Part shown: positions 1 through 11,878 of the stretch, one piece after another
Layout of the letters: the number at the start of each line of letters is the position of its first letter
Position numbering within the stretch: position 1 is the first letter of the stretch
DNA from: Haliotis rubra
Taxonomy: Eukaryota
Assembly (NCBI RefSeq): GCF_003918875.1
Contig: NW_025767224.1
Location: 620,001 to 684,000, forward strand
Length of the DNA: 64,000 bases
Direction: 5' to 3'
The notes under the pieces: generated by a model
What the model was told of the DNA's origin: nothing
Database searches by the model: none
Seen by the model: only the letters and a program-made list of their open reading frames with translations
Translations under genes and position numbers: made by a program

Positions 1-196
1 AGCAACAATTCAGTTATATCCCCGCTGCAACATTACAGTGATATCATGGCTGTCTGTACTCAGCAACAATTCAGTTATATCCCCGCTGCAACATTACAGT
101 GATATCATGGCTGTCTGTACTCAGCAACAATTCAGTTATATCCCCGCTGCAACATTACAGTGATATCATGGCTGTCTGTACTCAGCAACAATTCAG
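1..196. repeat. 61-bp tandem repeat (>=3.2 copies, runs off the left edge)
   Basis: Unit agcaacaattcagttatatccccgctgcaacattacagtgatatcatggctgtctgtactc starts at 1, 62, 123 and 184. Confidence 0.95.
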
Positions 197-1641
197 TAAT
201 ATTCGGCGAACTGTACTCGGCAATTGTATAGTGGTCAAAAAGGTTTTCCCATGTATAGTGCGATGGTTTAAAGTCTCAAATTGAAATGTATCATTGTACC
301 AAGAATATTATCATGAAAATGCTTTTCGCCAGCTGCAATAACTATAATTTAATGTGTCAGTCAATATTACATTCACATCACAGTTCTCAATCAGTCAGTA
401 TGGACAATGATTCCCGTCATTAATGTAACAGGCTGTTACAGTTTTCAACACGTGAAGTTTAATTAAATAAAATTAAAAACATTTCTCGCACGTACCAGAA
501 TAATGAGTATTGTTATCAGCTCTGCCGAGTAAAGTCTTCAATATCTTGCACCAGCGTTGGTCTGATAATAAACTCTGAGGCAACGTTATTGTGGCAGTGT
601 GACGCAACTAAGCAGTGGTCGTTCGAATTGCACGAAATATACAAGGCTTATTCGAGAAATGTGGCGAGCAATGTTAACTCTAAAAGGCCAGACAACCAGA
701 TGTTTATAATTTCATCTCAATGCAAAAGCCAAGCTGTAACAAGTCCGACAAACCACGCCTCGGGGAAAACGATGGATCTGTCTTTTACCTCGCAGTGTGA
801 CGTTGCTCGCTGATAAAACATCAAAAGAAACATGTTTTGGCAAGGTTTTCAGCAAAACAATCAAGTTATAGACCGTCCACATAGTGACCTGTCATAGGAG
901 CGACCAAACGTGAAGTACAATGGATTCGAACCACGCACCACCCACACAGGTTTCAGCAAGCAATCCTTCCTGCCCGTATCTTGGGGGAACTTGAATGCCG
1001 AGACGAGATTTGAACGTTCAGCCATGTGCATCAATGTCACATATTCGCTTCTGAACGTGTAAACAAGTCATGCTTATGCACCTTTTGTGGAGTGGCTCAT
1101 TTGCATGTGCCAGGTGCGCTGTTCTTGATTGTTGCCATGCCGTGAAACATTTATTTTTTCATGTAATAACAAGGAAACGAAATAATGAAATAAACGAAGC
1201 GTGATAGCTGGACTATTTGTTAAATATAAATTGAATTTCCTCTCTTTCAAAACGAATACTTGTGGTGCAGGGTTTCGGTTTATGAATTTTGTTAGATTGA
1301 GTGAAAAAAGGCAGTCAATTCACATTTCTGAAATTTTGAGTCGGTAGATCATGACTTTCACAAGGCCGTATTACCATATGAAATTAATTATTCTGAGAGC
1401 CGCGCAACAGAAAAGAACTTCTTCTGCAACGTTGAGAGACGTTGTCGTGGTTGTCGTAAAGAATATAGCTTCCGGGTTTGATACATACAGTTAACAAACG
1501 GTAAATAAACGGAGATTGAAAATGTAAGGTCAAATCAAATGAAATGTTTCAAATCTACAAATCTATGTGCGCTCGACATTAAAGTAAGATTAATTCACAG
1601 TGAGCTTGCAGTTGAGCTTGCAGTTGATTGGCAGTGGTAAA

Positions 1642-1745
1642 GGGGCGGTGGGGTACCTTGGTTAAAGCGTTGGCTCGTCACGCCGAAGACCCGGGTTCGA
1701 TTCCCCACATGGGCACATGTTAAGCTCATTTCTGGCATATTGCGC
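1642..1745 (+). mobile_element. tRNA-Asp-derived SINE (family 1), 3'-truncated
   Basis: ggggcggtggggta..ggttaaagcgttggctcgtcacgccgaagacccgggttcgattcccc has an A/B box and resembles the tRNA-Asp(GTC) anticodon and T arms. Confidence 0.85.
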
Positions 1746-3299
1746 TCTAAAACTAAATCATCTCGGCGGCATGGTAAAGGCATACATAATTTATAAAACA
1801 ATCACAGGCCGAGAGCTGTCGACTGCAAGCTGGTTAAACGATATTCAGATACATGTATAAGGTTTTTGATCGATGGAGAATTACCGCATAAATATGCATA
1901 GTCCCCTTTCGTCAAATGAAGTCCTTGGTTGTGGGAGTCATTTCAAAGAGTCAAGATATCCTAAGATGCTCTATGAATAATTAAGGTTTTGTCAAGCAAA
2001 CCAATGGCTGACAGTCAAACACCTACCGCCGTCGCGTATGTTGACGTGCAGCCCTCGAGGACGGACATCCTACATGTGGGTATTCCTACAGACATAGTAA
2101 TTATTGGGACATAAATCCGTCTCACCCCTCTAACCGTAACCACCATCCTGTCCCTCCTCCACTTCCCCAATTCCTGGTCCAGACAATTAGTTTGTTTACT
2201 TATACATACACTATGCGTGCAAGAACCACATGTGCACATGAAGATTGCCAATTTCAGGAGTTTTTATCGATTTGTGTCTGTTATGCTCGCATCTTCTGAC
2301 AGACCTAATCGCTTGTACCGGGACGAACATATGCATGCAAAACTCCTTGCTGCAGGCGGATATAATCGACGTGGCATTTGATATGAGTACATGTCCTGAA
2401 TGAACAAGCGAAGCACAGTGGCTCGTTTATGGCATATATACTCACCCACGAACGCACGTACGCACATTCGCACGCGTAGGTGTACTAGATTATTTATTAT
2501 CATATATGCATGAACATGCACACATACACGAATGTAGGTGTGCAGATGCACAAACCAGACCTGTTATTTCCAGCCTAGCTAAATTATGCGTGTTTTATTC
2601 ACAAGTTTCCTGGAATATTTTGTAAACCCAGCCCGGGGTTCCTGAGAACAGATGTGACACTGAACGTGCACATCTCACAATGCCGTTGTGACTATAGTTT
2701 GGCATGAAATGCACGTGGACCCGGTTTTTTTGTAAATATCTCTTCATCCAATGACCAAATCGATCTCAAACTGTGCAAGTGGATGTTTTGTCAGACAACC
2801 TAATCACATTGTAAATCAAAGATTTTATGCATTTGTATTAAAGAATCTGTCTATGTTACTGTCAACAAAATAAACAGCAGAACGCAGACGGCTTGCAGAG
2901 GGAGGGAGCCAATGACCTGTAACAGCGGCAGTTTTGGGTCATAAAGGTCAACGTTCGTCAATGTAGGTCAGCTATGCTGATGACCCTGATGTCAAAAGAA
3001 TCTAACTTTGGATGCATGAAACTAGCATGAACATGTAAAACTTTTATTAACGAAGACAATATAATATAAATACGGGCTATAAATCGCCAACAACTGAAGG
3101 TAGATGACCATACTAGGAACCATGCGGACTTACATTACTTTTGCTACCTGCATGGACCCTAGTTGGATGTACACTATCCCTTCAGCAGCTGGCGATTGTA
3201 GGACAAGTTTAGCCAAAATTTAAATGAACAAATATACTACGTTTAAAAATCGGGTAAGCAAAAAGTGAACTGTGAAAGTTTTGGGACTTACGTACCCTT

Positions 3300-4272
3300 G
3301 TGGCATTACAGACGCGAGACTGTGACATTACAGATGCGAGACTGTGTCATTACAGACGCGAGACTGTGTCATTACAGACGCGAGACTGTGACATTACAGA
3401 CGCGAGACTGTGTCATTACAGACGCGAGACTGTGACATTACAGACGCGAGACTGTGACATTACAAACGCGAGACTGTGTCATTACAGACGCGAGACTGTG
3501 TCATTACAGACGCGAGACTGTGACATTACAGACGCGAGACTGTGACATTACAGACGCGAGACTGTGACATTACAGACGCTAGACTGTGACATTACAGACG
3601 CGAGACTGTGACATTACAGACGCGAGACTGTGACATTACAGACGCGAGACTGTGACATTACAGACGCGAGACTGTGACATTACAGACGCGAGACTGTGAC
3701 ATTACAAACGCGACTGTGACTGTGACATTACAGACGCGAGACTGTGACATTACAGACGCGAGACTGTGACATTACAGACGCGACTTGGGACTGTGACGCG
3801 CGAGACTGTGTCATTACATTACAGACGCGAGACTGTGTCATTACAGACGCGAGACTGTGTCATTACAGACGCGAGACTGTGACATTACAGACGCTAGACT
3901 GTGACATTACAGACGCGAGACTGTGACATTACAGACGCGAGACTGTGACATTACAGACGCGAGACTGTGACATTACAGACGCGAGACTGTGACATTACAG
4001 ACGCGAGACTGTGACACTACAAACGCGAGACTGTGTCATTACAAACGCGAGACTGTGACATTACAGACGCAGGACTGTGTCATTACAGACGCGAGACTGT
4101 GACATTACAGATGCGAGACTGTGTCATTACAGACGCGAGAGACTGTGTCATTATAGACGCGAGACTGTACAGACGCTAGACTGAGACTGTGACATTACAG
4201 ACGCGAGACTGTGACTATTACTGACGCGATTACAGACGCGAGACTGTGACATTACAGACTCGAGACTGTGTC
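3300..4272. repeat. 22-bp minisatellite (~44 copies)
   Basis: Unit cattacagacgcgagactgtg(a/t). Confidence 0.97.
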
Positions 4273-4772
4273 CATCTTGACACAAGAGCACTTTATTGGA
4301 CCACAGTGACATAAACGAGACCAATCTTGGGTTAACATGGTATAATCAGAATTAGTCTCCGTGCAAGATGACACAAGCGAGGCTAATGCTTCATACACAT
4401 TGACGCAAGCCAGACTAAGCACGGCTTAACATGACATTATTGGAATTAGTATCTGTGCAAGATGACAAGCGAGGATAATGCAAGATCCACATTGACGCAA
4501 GCGAAACAAAGTACGGGTCACCATGATATATAACTTAAATTAAAATTTATGAAACTGTCATGATGCCTTGCAAACCACACACATGAATGAGTCCTAACCA
4601 CGAAACATCCACACAACCCGTGTCATATTGTAACAGCATAACCTGCAAGTACTGAGAACAATTAACCGACAAGCAACAGATCATCAGTGAAATAACTCCT
4701 CGCATCAACTCCCGCATTGATCGTCAGCTGGTCGTTACTGACAACAGAAAAGTACATACAACTGATACTCAC

Positions 4773-4839
4773 AGTCAAACGCACGTTCGGAGTGCACACT
4801 GCCGTCCACGGCAATTAACACCGTCTTGTGTCCACTCAT
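4773..4839 (-). CDS. Universal stress protein gene A, coding exon 1 only (remaining exons probably left of the window)
   Basis: Minus strand reads ATG...MSGHKTVLIAVDGSVHSERAFD+T followed by a GTGAGT donor (phase 1). The motif and intron position are the same as exon 1 of the three complete paralogs. No matching exon 2 was found in 1-4772. Confidence 0.85.
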
Positions 4840-5757
4840 TGTATGCCCCAGGTGTCGGACCGTCCGAGACTCACAGCCAGGAATCAACACACAGATGCAA
4901 GGAAATCAGACCTTATGTCCTTGACCTTCAGAGACCTTGTGAAGGTTGAAGGTTGTGTGGACGTTAGAGCGGAAACTGATGATAGTGATATATTTGTGTG
5001 GCATACTGTCTCGGGAAGCTGTGAGGTTACGGTAGATGGTTCTGGAAAGTAATTATGTCGACATTGACCACACAGGTGTCCCCGGCCTGCGTTCTGCTGC
5101 TGGAAGCAGTTGCGTGACTGTCGTCGTATTTCTGGTGCAGTAGCTGGATCCAGTTTATCAGGTTAATCGAAAGACATTTACTACAACCACTGCAGGGTAG
5201 GACGAAATAACCCGGCTGCTGCCATTATGTTGTAATCACTCATGGTTTTGTATTGGTCACAGTGACCTCTTGAAATGACCAGGCGTGTAAGAATAAACGT
5301 GAGAGATTTCAAACATTTTAATATATTTATTGCATGCAAACAGTGCCCTCTCAAAGTATTCTGTCCAACTTGTGAGCCGATAGTGTAATGGTATTTTTCT
5401 AGATGAATTTATTATTTACTTGTTTTACTGAATTTCAATATTTTATTGATTTAATCGTATACCCAAGATAAGGCGATCTCCCTGACAGTCGCCTGTGTTA
5501 TAGGAGCCCCCGTTTCCACCATCCATGGGTCACTATTGTGTCTGAACTCAGGCCAGCAGTGTATGACAGCTGTATGTCTGAATCAATCAATCCAGCAATG
5601 ATAAGAGGATCGATCTCAGTGATAATTGTAAATGGAGAGTGGTGATTCACAAATAGCCAGATAATGCATTTTCACTGGGCTCCATAAGCTTGCAGAACTT
5701 CAGCCCCGGGGACTTGTATAGTGAAAAGTTATATATGCATTGAAAGTATGTGTAGAC

Positions 5758-5864
5758 TGACTGACTGACTGACTGAGTTTGGTTTTACGCCGCTTTTAGC
5801 AATATCCCAGCAACATCACGGCGGGGGACACCAGAAATGGGCTTCACACATTGTGCCCATGTGG
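5758..5864 (-). mobile_element. SINE family 1, 5'-truncated, 17-bp TSD
   Basis: TSD tgaaagtatgtgtagac at 5741-5757 and 5865-5881; (cagt)n tail. Confidence 0.9.
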
Positions 5865-6651
5865 TGAAAGTATGTGTAGACAGGCTGCACCCGCATATAT
5901 GCTCGTGAATGTAGAGATGTTGAACAATAACTCAATTATTTCCCCACCGCAAGCACTTTCAGGAATACACGATATATCTCAGCTTGGCCTCATACTTAAC
6001 AAACATTGCAGAGTAACCAAATACGGAACAAAACCCTTTCGATAATCATGAACAGTGACGGCAATGTCAAAGCCCAGTCTCCGATTCCAGCTACACCATA
6101 GCAGAAGGATAGCTGACACATAGTGATGATAATAGGTGTCCGATGAAGAGTATCCTGCGTCAGCGGTTGCACAGTCACAAACACACGCAAAGACAAGTTA
6201 ATTGTTCATCTGAAAACAACACAGGAACACAGGATACAAGTCAAAAATGGAACCCCATCAAATCAGGAAATGTCCAAATGACTAATTTATTTTTAAAGCT
6301 TTACTAAGGCCTCTCTTGAATGTTGTAAATCTCATGTAAAAAGTCCGAGAAATAGAGAACAATCCTCATTAATGCACACCCCACCCCAATAACCGCCAAA
6401 TGTGACGCCAAAGGGTTTTAAAGGGGAACAGAGTATAAATCATCCCAGATGTCATACAAGCCCGTGGATCATGTTACAAGTATGCATTCCTGCCGCCAAT
6501 TTGATTAAAATTTTATAAAAATGGCTTAATATCGATTTTTAAATATGAATATCAGGAAAACGGAAACAACGGAAGCTATAACTACAATTGATAACTTCAC
6601 GGGATGTCAGTAGAAAGAGTTTATTACAATTTTATGTATTTTGAAACCTGG

Positions 6652-6874
6652 GAAGATCCGGGTTAGAGTTTGTGTTGAGCAACCCAGGCCTGTCGTAAGA
6701 GGCGACTAACGGGATTACGAGGTCATGCTCGCTGGCTTTGTTGATGTATCATTGTATCCCAATTGCGTAGATCGTTGATCATAATGTCAATCACTGGATT
6801 GTCTGGTCCAGACTCGATGTCATACAAGCTGCCGTCATACGCCTGGTATATGTCGACGTAAAACAACAAAAAAC
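6652..6874 (+). mobile_element. SINE family 2 (no tRNA head), near full length
   Basis: gaagatccgggttaga..gcaaccc..gtcgtaagaggcgactaacgggat..atcactggattgtctggtccagactcgat..gacgtaaaacaacaa. Related pieces at 36455-36760(-), 51248-51366, 62380-62470 and 62871-63012. Confidence 0.8.
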
Positions 6875-9800
6875 AATTATGTGTTTTGACATCTTTTTGA
6901 TACCGTGAGCGTTGTCGGAGACATTTTCCCATTTATTGGTCTTCTATTGAATGTGTTAGATACGCAGAATACCTACAGTGGAACCCTTAAAGTCCGGACT
7001 CTGATAATCCTCATGGTTTCACGAAGAACAGTTCCGTCCAAGTCCGTTTCCTTGAATACAAACAAATACACCATAAACTATTCTTGAGAAAGGCTAGTGC
7101 GTGAGGCAAAAAAGTAGTCTGATTAAATGTGTATCCCAGCAATGAAGTCGAACAGCCTGTAGACGGGTGTCAGTCTTACAGTGAACGAGCCTCTGCAATA
7201 CCGCCACAAAACCCTAGTAGAGTGGACTTTACACATTCAGGTCGTAAAGATGATATATCCAAAGATATTTTAGTCGTTTTGAGAAGATTAATTTGTCAAT
7301 TGATATAATACATATTTCTGTCATTAATCAGAGACCATATAATAGAATATTATATGATCTCTGCATTAAGTCTTTCATTTATTAATAAAACTGATAATGA
7401 ATCAAAGAGGTGAAAAGCACTCGGTCGTGGTTTTGGTTATCGATCGTACTAAGATACCTGTAACCTGATCAGGGCCTCGTCATGTTGCGACCGCTCCCTG
7501 ACATACGGTATTTGTATCAGCTGCGAGGGCCTCTCGAGCGTGACAGGTGACCGCAGCTTAACCCCATAACCCATGAGGTCAAGGCCTATATTGTGGACTG
7601 TGTTTTGCACATATTATATACGCGACATCTTCAATCAAACATATCTTTTTGTGAAAAAGGTCGTGTCACGCGTCCTAATAAGCATTGTAAATGAGGTAGC
7701 GATTAAATTACAATATACATTATATAAATTATACACAACTAATATGAGAAGTTATAATATTGTTTCAAATTGCCAAATTAATATAACAGGGTAGCTGATG
7801 TGACAATAATTGCACATACTTCTCAGAAGTAGGGATATATTCTATATTTAATGGACATTGTTTCAAAAAGTCCCGACGTATCACAAAATTGAAATGATGA
7901 TATTAATTGAGGTTTTCTGATAGAAATATCGACATAAAAGTTACAGTATTTGCTGAAAATGTCAAAGGGACAGATAAATATGTGTGTCGTGGAAGCCTTG
8001 CTTTAAAACAATAACATAAATGACAATATAAATCGCTTTATTAATCTTGTAGCAATGTACTGAAATAATATCTTAAAGAAATGCAGCTTCAAGATTGCAT
8101 GTTTCGGCGAATATTTTAAACTTTATATGACAAATTCCTTGAAATAGAAAAGTATAAGGTTACACCAGGGTATAACACCTTCTGCCCATGAACAGCAAGG
8201 AATGGCAAATCAATTTCCGACATATTTGAACCCATATTTATGCTTCCATTATTAAAAAAACAACGGCCTAGTCAAATGAATACATATGTACTTCAGAGCA
8301 TATTAATGAGCGGCGCACAAGGACACACACAAGTAATTTGATGGAACAGACACACACACACAGGTGTACGCTACCAAAGCGCTTACAGAACAGTGACATG
8401 ACATTGAACGCATTTACAAAGAAGGCACTGAGTGGTGTTGAAAATACATTGAGGGGATGGAGGCGACACTCCTGGGGGATTGAGATGGTATAAACCTACA
8501 ATGGGTGCACTTGTATTAGTGTCCGGGCAAATGATACACTGGGGATGTGGTGGGAGGGGGTGGAGGGGGCAGATTGGGGAATGGCCGTGGGAAGGGAGGG
8601 GTTGGTGGAATGCATTTTAGAAAGGACTGTTTGAGTTCGGGCCTTGCCGTATTGTTTTACAGGAAGACCTACATACCAAATAAGAGCAGACTGAGATAAA
8701 TGTAGGGGGCAGTTCTTCATCAGCGCAATTTTGAACTGAGACAAACTTCTGGAATCAAAGTTCTTGAGACTGAACGAGTAGCGTTTAATTTTCGGCGGAT
8801 TCCCCAGAGAAAACGTAATGTACTGGAGGACCTGTTATCGGACTTGCAGTTATGAAGGAAAAGAGAGGTATTGATGTTGACAATAATGAACCAAATAGTA
8901 CCAACACTCACCATGTAGGGTACAACAACTGAAAACACCGAAGAATCACTGAAAGTCAGTATACTGGATATTGCTGGAATACTTTGCTTTTGTGAGTTCT
9001 TAGTTTTCTCCTCTTTTATTCTTCGTTTTGCACGAACACAGTTTTTGCCGTTTGACGAGCGGCGTGCGTGTAGCTGTTGAAGATGGATCAGTTCTTGTTT
9101 TCACACGATATCCCATGAACAAAAGCATAATATCACCGCAGTTGTACTGATGGATCATGTCCTTGAAACTGCGACAGTCCAAATTCTGACATAGTTGACA
9201 GGCGGGGTTGGCAGCTGTTCTCGTAGTCTGATGTTGGTGGCAGTTTCACTTTCGTTGTGTTGTGGACCCAGGATGGATGGATACCGACAGAGATCTGCTG
9301 AAAAGATTCCCTGCTGAGAGGTTCCGACCCAATATATCCCGGGTGTTTATGGTTGGGTTCAAATACAATAGTCTATCAGCGAGTCCACACTACTTTATTC
9401 GAGCTCCTGTTATACAATTACATAGAAGTACAGCCAACGGGGAGGCACCATCATACAGGCGATCGTCAGCCCCCCTGCCTAGCCACTGTCCGAGGGTCAA
9501 GTCCCTCTTACAATAAGCATTCGACGACTGACTGTCAGGTCGCCCTGTATGGTCAGCCTGCAGTAGCCACCCCCTCGATCTAAGGTTAATTACATGCAGC
9601 TGACCAACACATGGCTGTGCTGATGGTCATGATAATAAGCTGCTGTTAGTTCATTTACATTGACAGCACTGTGAAGATTTAGATGCACAACTTTAAGTTA
9701 ACTCATGGAATATACCAACATGTCTGTACTCATAGTTATCCCGCCATACCATCCTACATTTTAATCAACCATGTATTTTAACTACTTGAGCAGACTCGAG

Positions 9801-10017
9801 AAACCGGAAACAAAATGGATCGCTTCATGACGTTGGCGGACTCACTGACGGTACAAACTGATAACATTGTGCGTCTTCTTCATCTGATCTCCCGAATCTT
9901 GTTGGATGGAATACTGGACTGACCTGGGACATGTTACAGGGTAGTTGTCAGGTAACTTGTCAGTTTGGTATGGACAGTAGCATTGTCCTGACTCAATTAT
10001 GTACAGGTCGCTGTGAC

Positions 10018-10338
10018 CGCCTCTGTGGTGTAGTGGTTAGAGCGTCCGCCCGGAGAGCGTCATACCAAACGACGTTAAAATATGGTACTTGTTGGTCCCT
10101 GCCTGGCGCTCGGCATTAATGGGTAAACAAGGACTGGTCGGCTCGGAGTCAGTATAATGTGTCTGAGTGGGGTATCCATGCTTCACTGCGGCATGGTATC
10201 TCAGTGGGCTAGCACTATTAAACCAGCTTAAGTCTGGGCTAGTACAAGCAGCCGCACATACACAAACACACGCATGCACGTCGTCATATGAGCGAAAGAT
10301 TCTCAAGCACGACGTAAAAACCAATTTCACCTCACCTC
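10018..10338 (+). mobile_element. tRNA-derived SINE family 3 (MetaSINE-like core), 15-bp TSD
   Basis: TSD acaggtcgctgtgac at 10003-10017 and 10339-10353. A box gtggtgtagtggttagagcg; B box deleted; core tcataccaaa..aaaatatggtacttg..gcgctcggcattaa. The MetaSINE assignment is from recalled similarity only. Other copies at ~11385-11555(-), ~32110-32215(+) and 61412-61612(-). Confidence 0.85.
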
Positions 10339-10915
10339 ACAGGTCGCTGTGACAGAGTTAGGACATCTATGTGAAGCGTCTGTAAAATCCCCCTTCTTAA
10401 CACCGTGAACCATGCAATGATTAGTCAGTTTACAAAAAAAAAAGAAACAAAACAAAACTCCGTATTGTTAAATCTGAGAAAATATTTATTATATATACAT
10501 CAAAAGGACAGCATATAGTCGTAAGTCTCTAGACCATAACTAACAAATATAACACAAAGGTTAATGATTGCGGAGTCTGTATGGCAGTTAACCGATGGAT
10601 GTGCATAACAAAAATGGCACAACCAATAAATTCATGGTTATTTGTGTATGTTGCTGTTAACTGTTTTCAGGTATGGTGAGAAATTGTAAATTAAATGAAA
10701 TCATTGTTCAATGTTTTCCGGGAAACTACTAGTTTAGATTTAATGACCAGAAAAACTAACAATTACATTGACAGCACATGCGTGCTGGATTGTATAGATG
10801 TTTTGTACAAATTTACTAATCGATTTAAATTGTTCTTTACAACGTCTTGTTACTCATATGACCTCCGGCACGACAGAGAAACATACGGTGTGTATTTCTA
10901 TTCCACGAGATACGA

Positions 10916-11052
10916 TGGGGTGGCCTCACGGTCAAGGTGTTCACACCTTAGGCCTGGGTTCTACTCCGTGCATAGGTATTTTGTGTGAAATCCAGTTCTG
11001 TTTCATTCAGCTGTGGTGTTGCTGGAACATTGCAAAATCATACTCGCTCACT
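10916..11052 (+). mobile_element. SINE family 1, degenerate
   Basis: Diverged match to the family-1 head and the gctggaa..ttgc..aaatcatactcgctcac tail. Confidence 0.6.
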
Positions 11053-11878
11053 TAAGATATCTCAAACACTTGGAAAAAACCTGACCTTGGTTGTAACTTT
11101 AAGACGAATTACTGGTCATATAGGAACAAGATCGTAAATGTTTAGGTGGTTTGATGATGCCATTTGGAGCTCTTCAATAACGATTGTAATTGGTATGCTC
11201 ATTTGTCGTTAACTTCTGACACAGGCTTTGACTATGTCTCTTTGGTATGCATAGCCCTGTCGCGAACATTGGAGCAACGACGTATATACGTCTTTGATGT
11301 GACCAATCACCATCGCCATTACGAATGAAGCAGAAGCTGGAAACTGGCAATCAGTCATGTGTCTCTTTCAGGTAAGTTAAACAGGGATACCCCACTCGGA
11401 CACGTCATACTGGCTCCGCACCAGTCCCTTATCCTCTTAGGGTCGAGCGCCAAGGTAACAACAATCACCATGTTTAAACGTCTTTAAGTGTGACGTGGTC
11501 GGGTTCGAACCATCGACCTTCCGCTCTACAGGCAGACGCTCTGTCTACTGGACTGAAGTAGGAGACGAGCACAGATATTTGGAATTAGAAAGGTGCATAT
11601 ATAGTTGTTGTATTTGATTCAGTTTGTATACCATACCAGAATATATATCTTCTAACAAAATGGGTTAGCATGAGTTCAGACACTTTCTCAGAAAATAGTC
11701 AAAGGTGAATAGTGATATCTACAATATATAAATACACATAACATACAGGACATGTATAAATTATTCATAAACATAACGATATTCTCTGTTGTCTTGTGAA
11801 TGAGAGACGTGGCTTGAATAATGTTACGATGACATGAAGGTTCCCTGGATATGTAATGAAATCTAAATGTTCATCAAG

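Noticed and set aside
1642-1745. Functional tRNA-Asp genes
   Set aside because: No acceptor-stem pairing. The same head recurs with a common body, tail and TSDs, so these are SINEs.
9344-9594. Solo LTR (TG..CA ends, minus-strand AATAAA) with adjacent integrase-like peptide GIHPSWVHNTTKVK
   Set aside because: No TSD, no recognisable PBS and no second LTR; the peptide similarity is too short.
9818-9925. Short plus-strand ORF behind a CCGGAA/AAAATGG promoter-like motif
   Set aside because: Only 35 codons, no recognisable homology or supporting exons.
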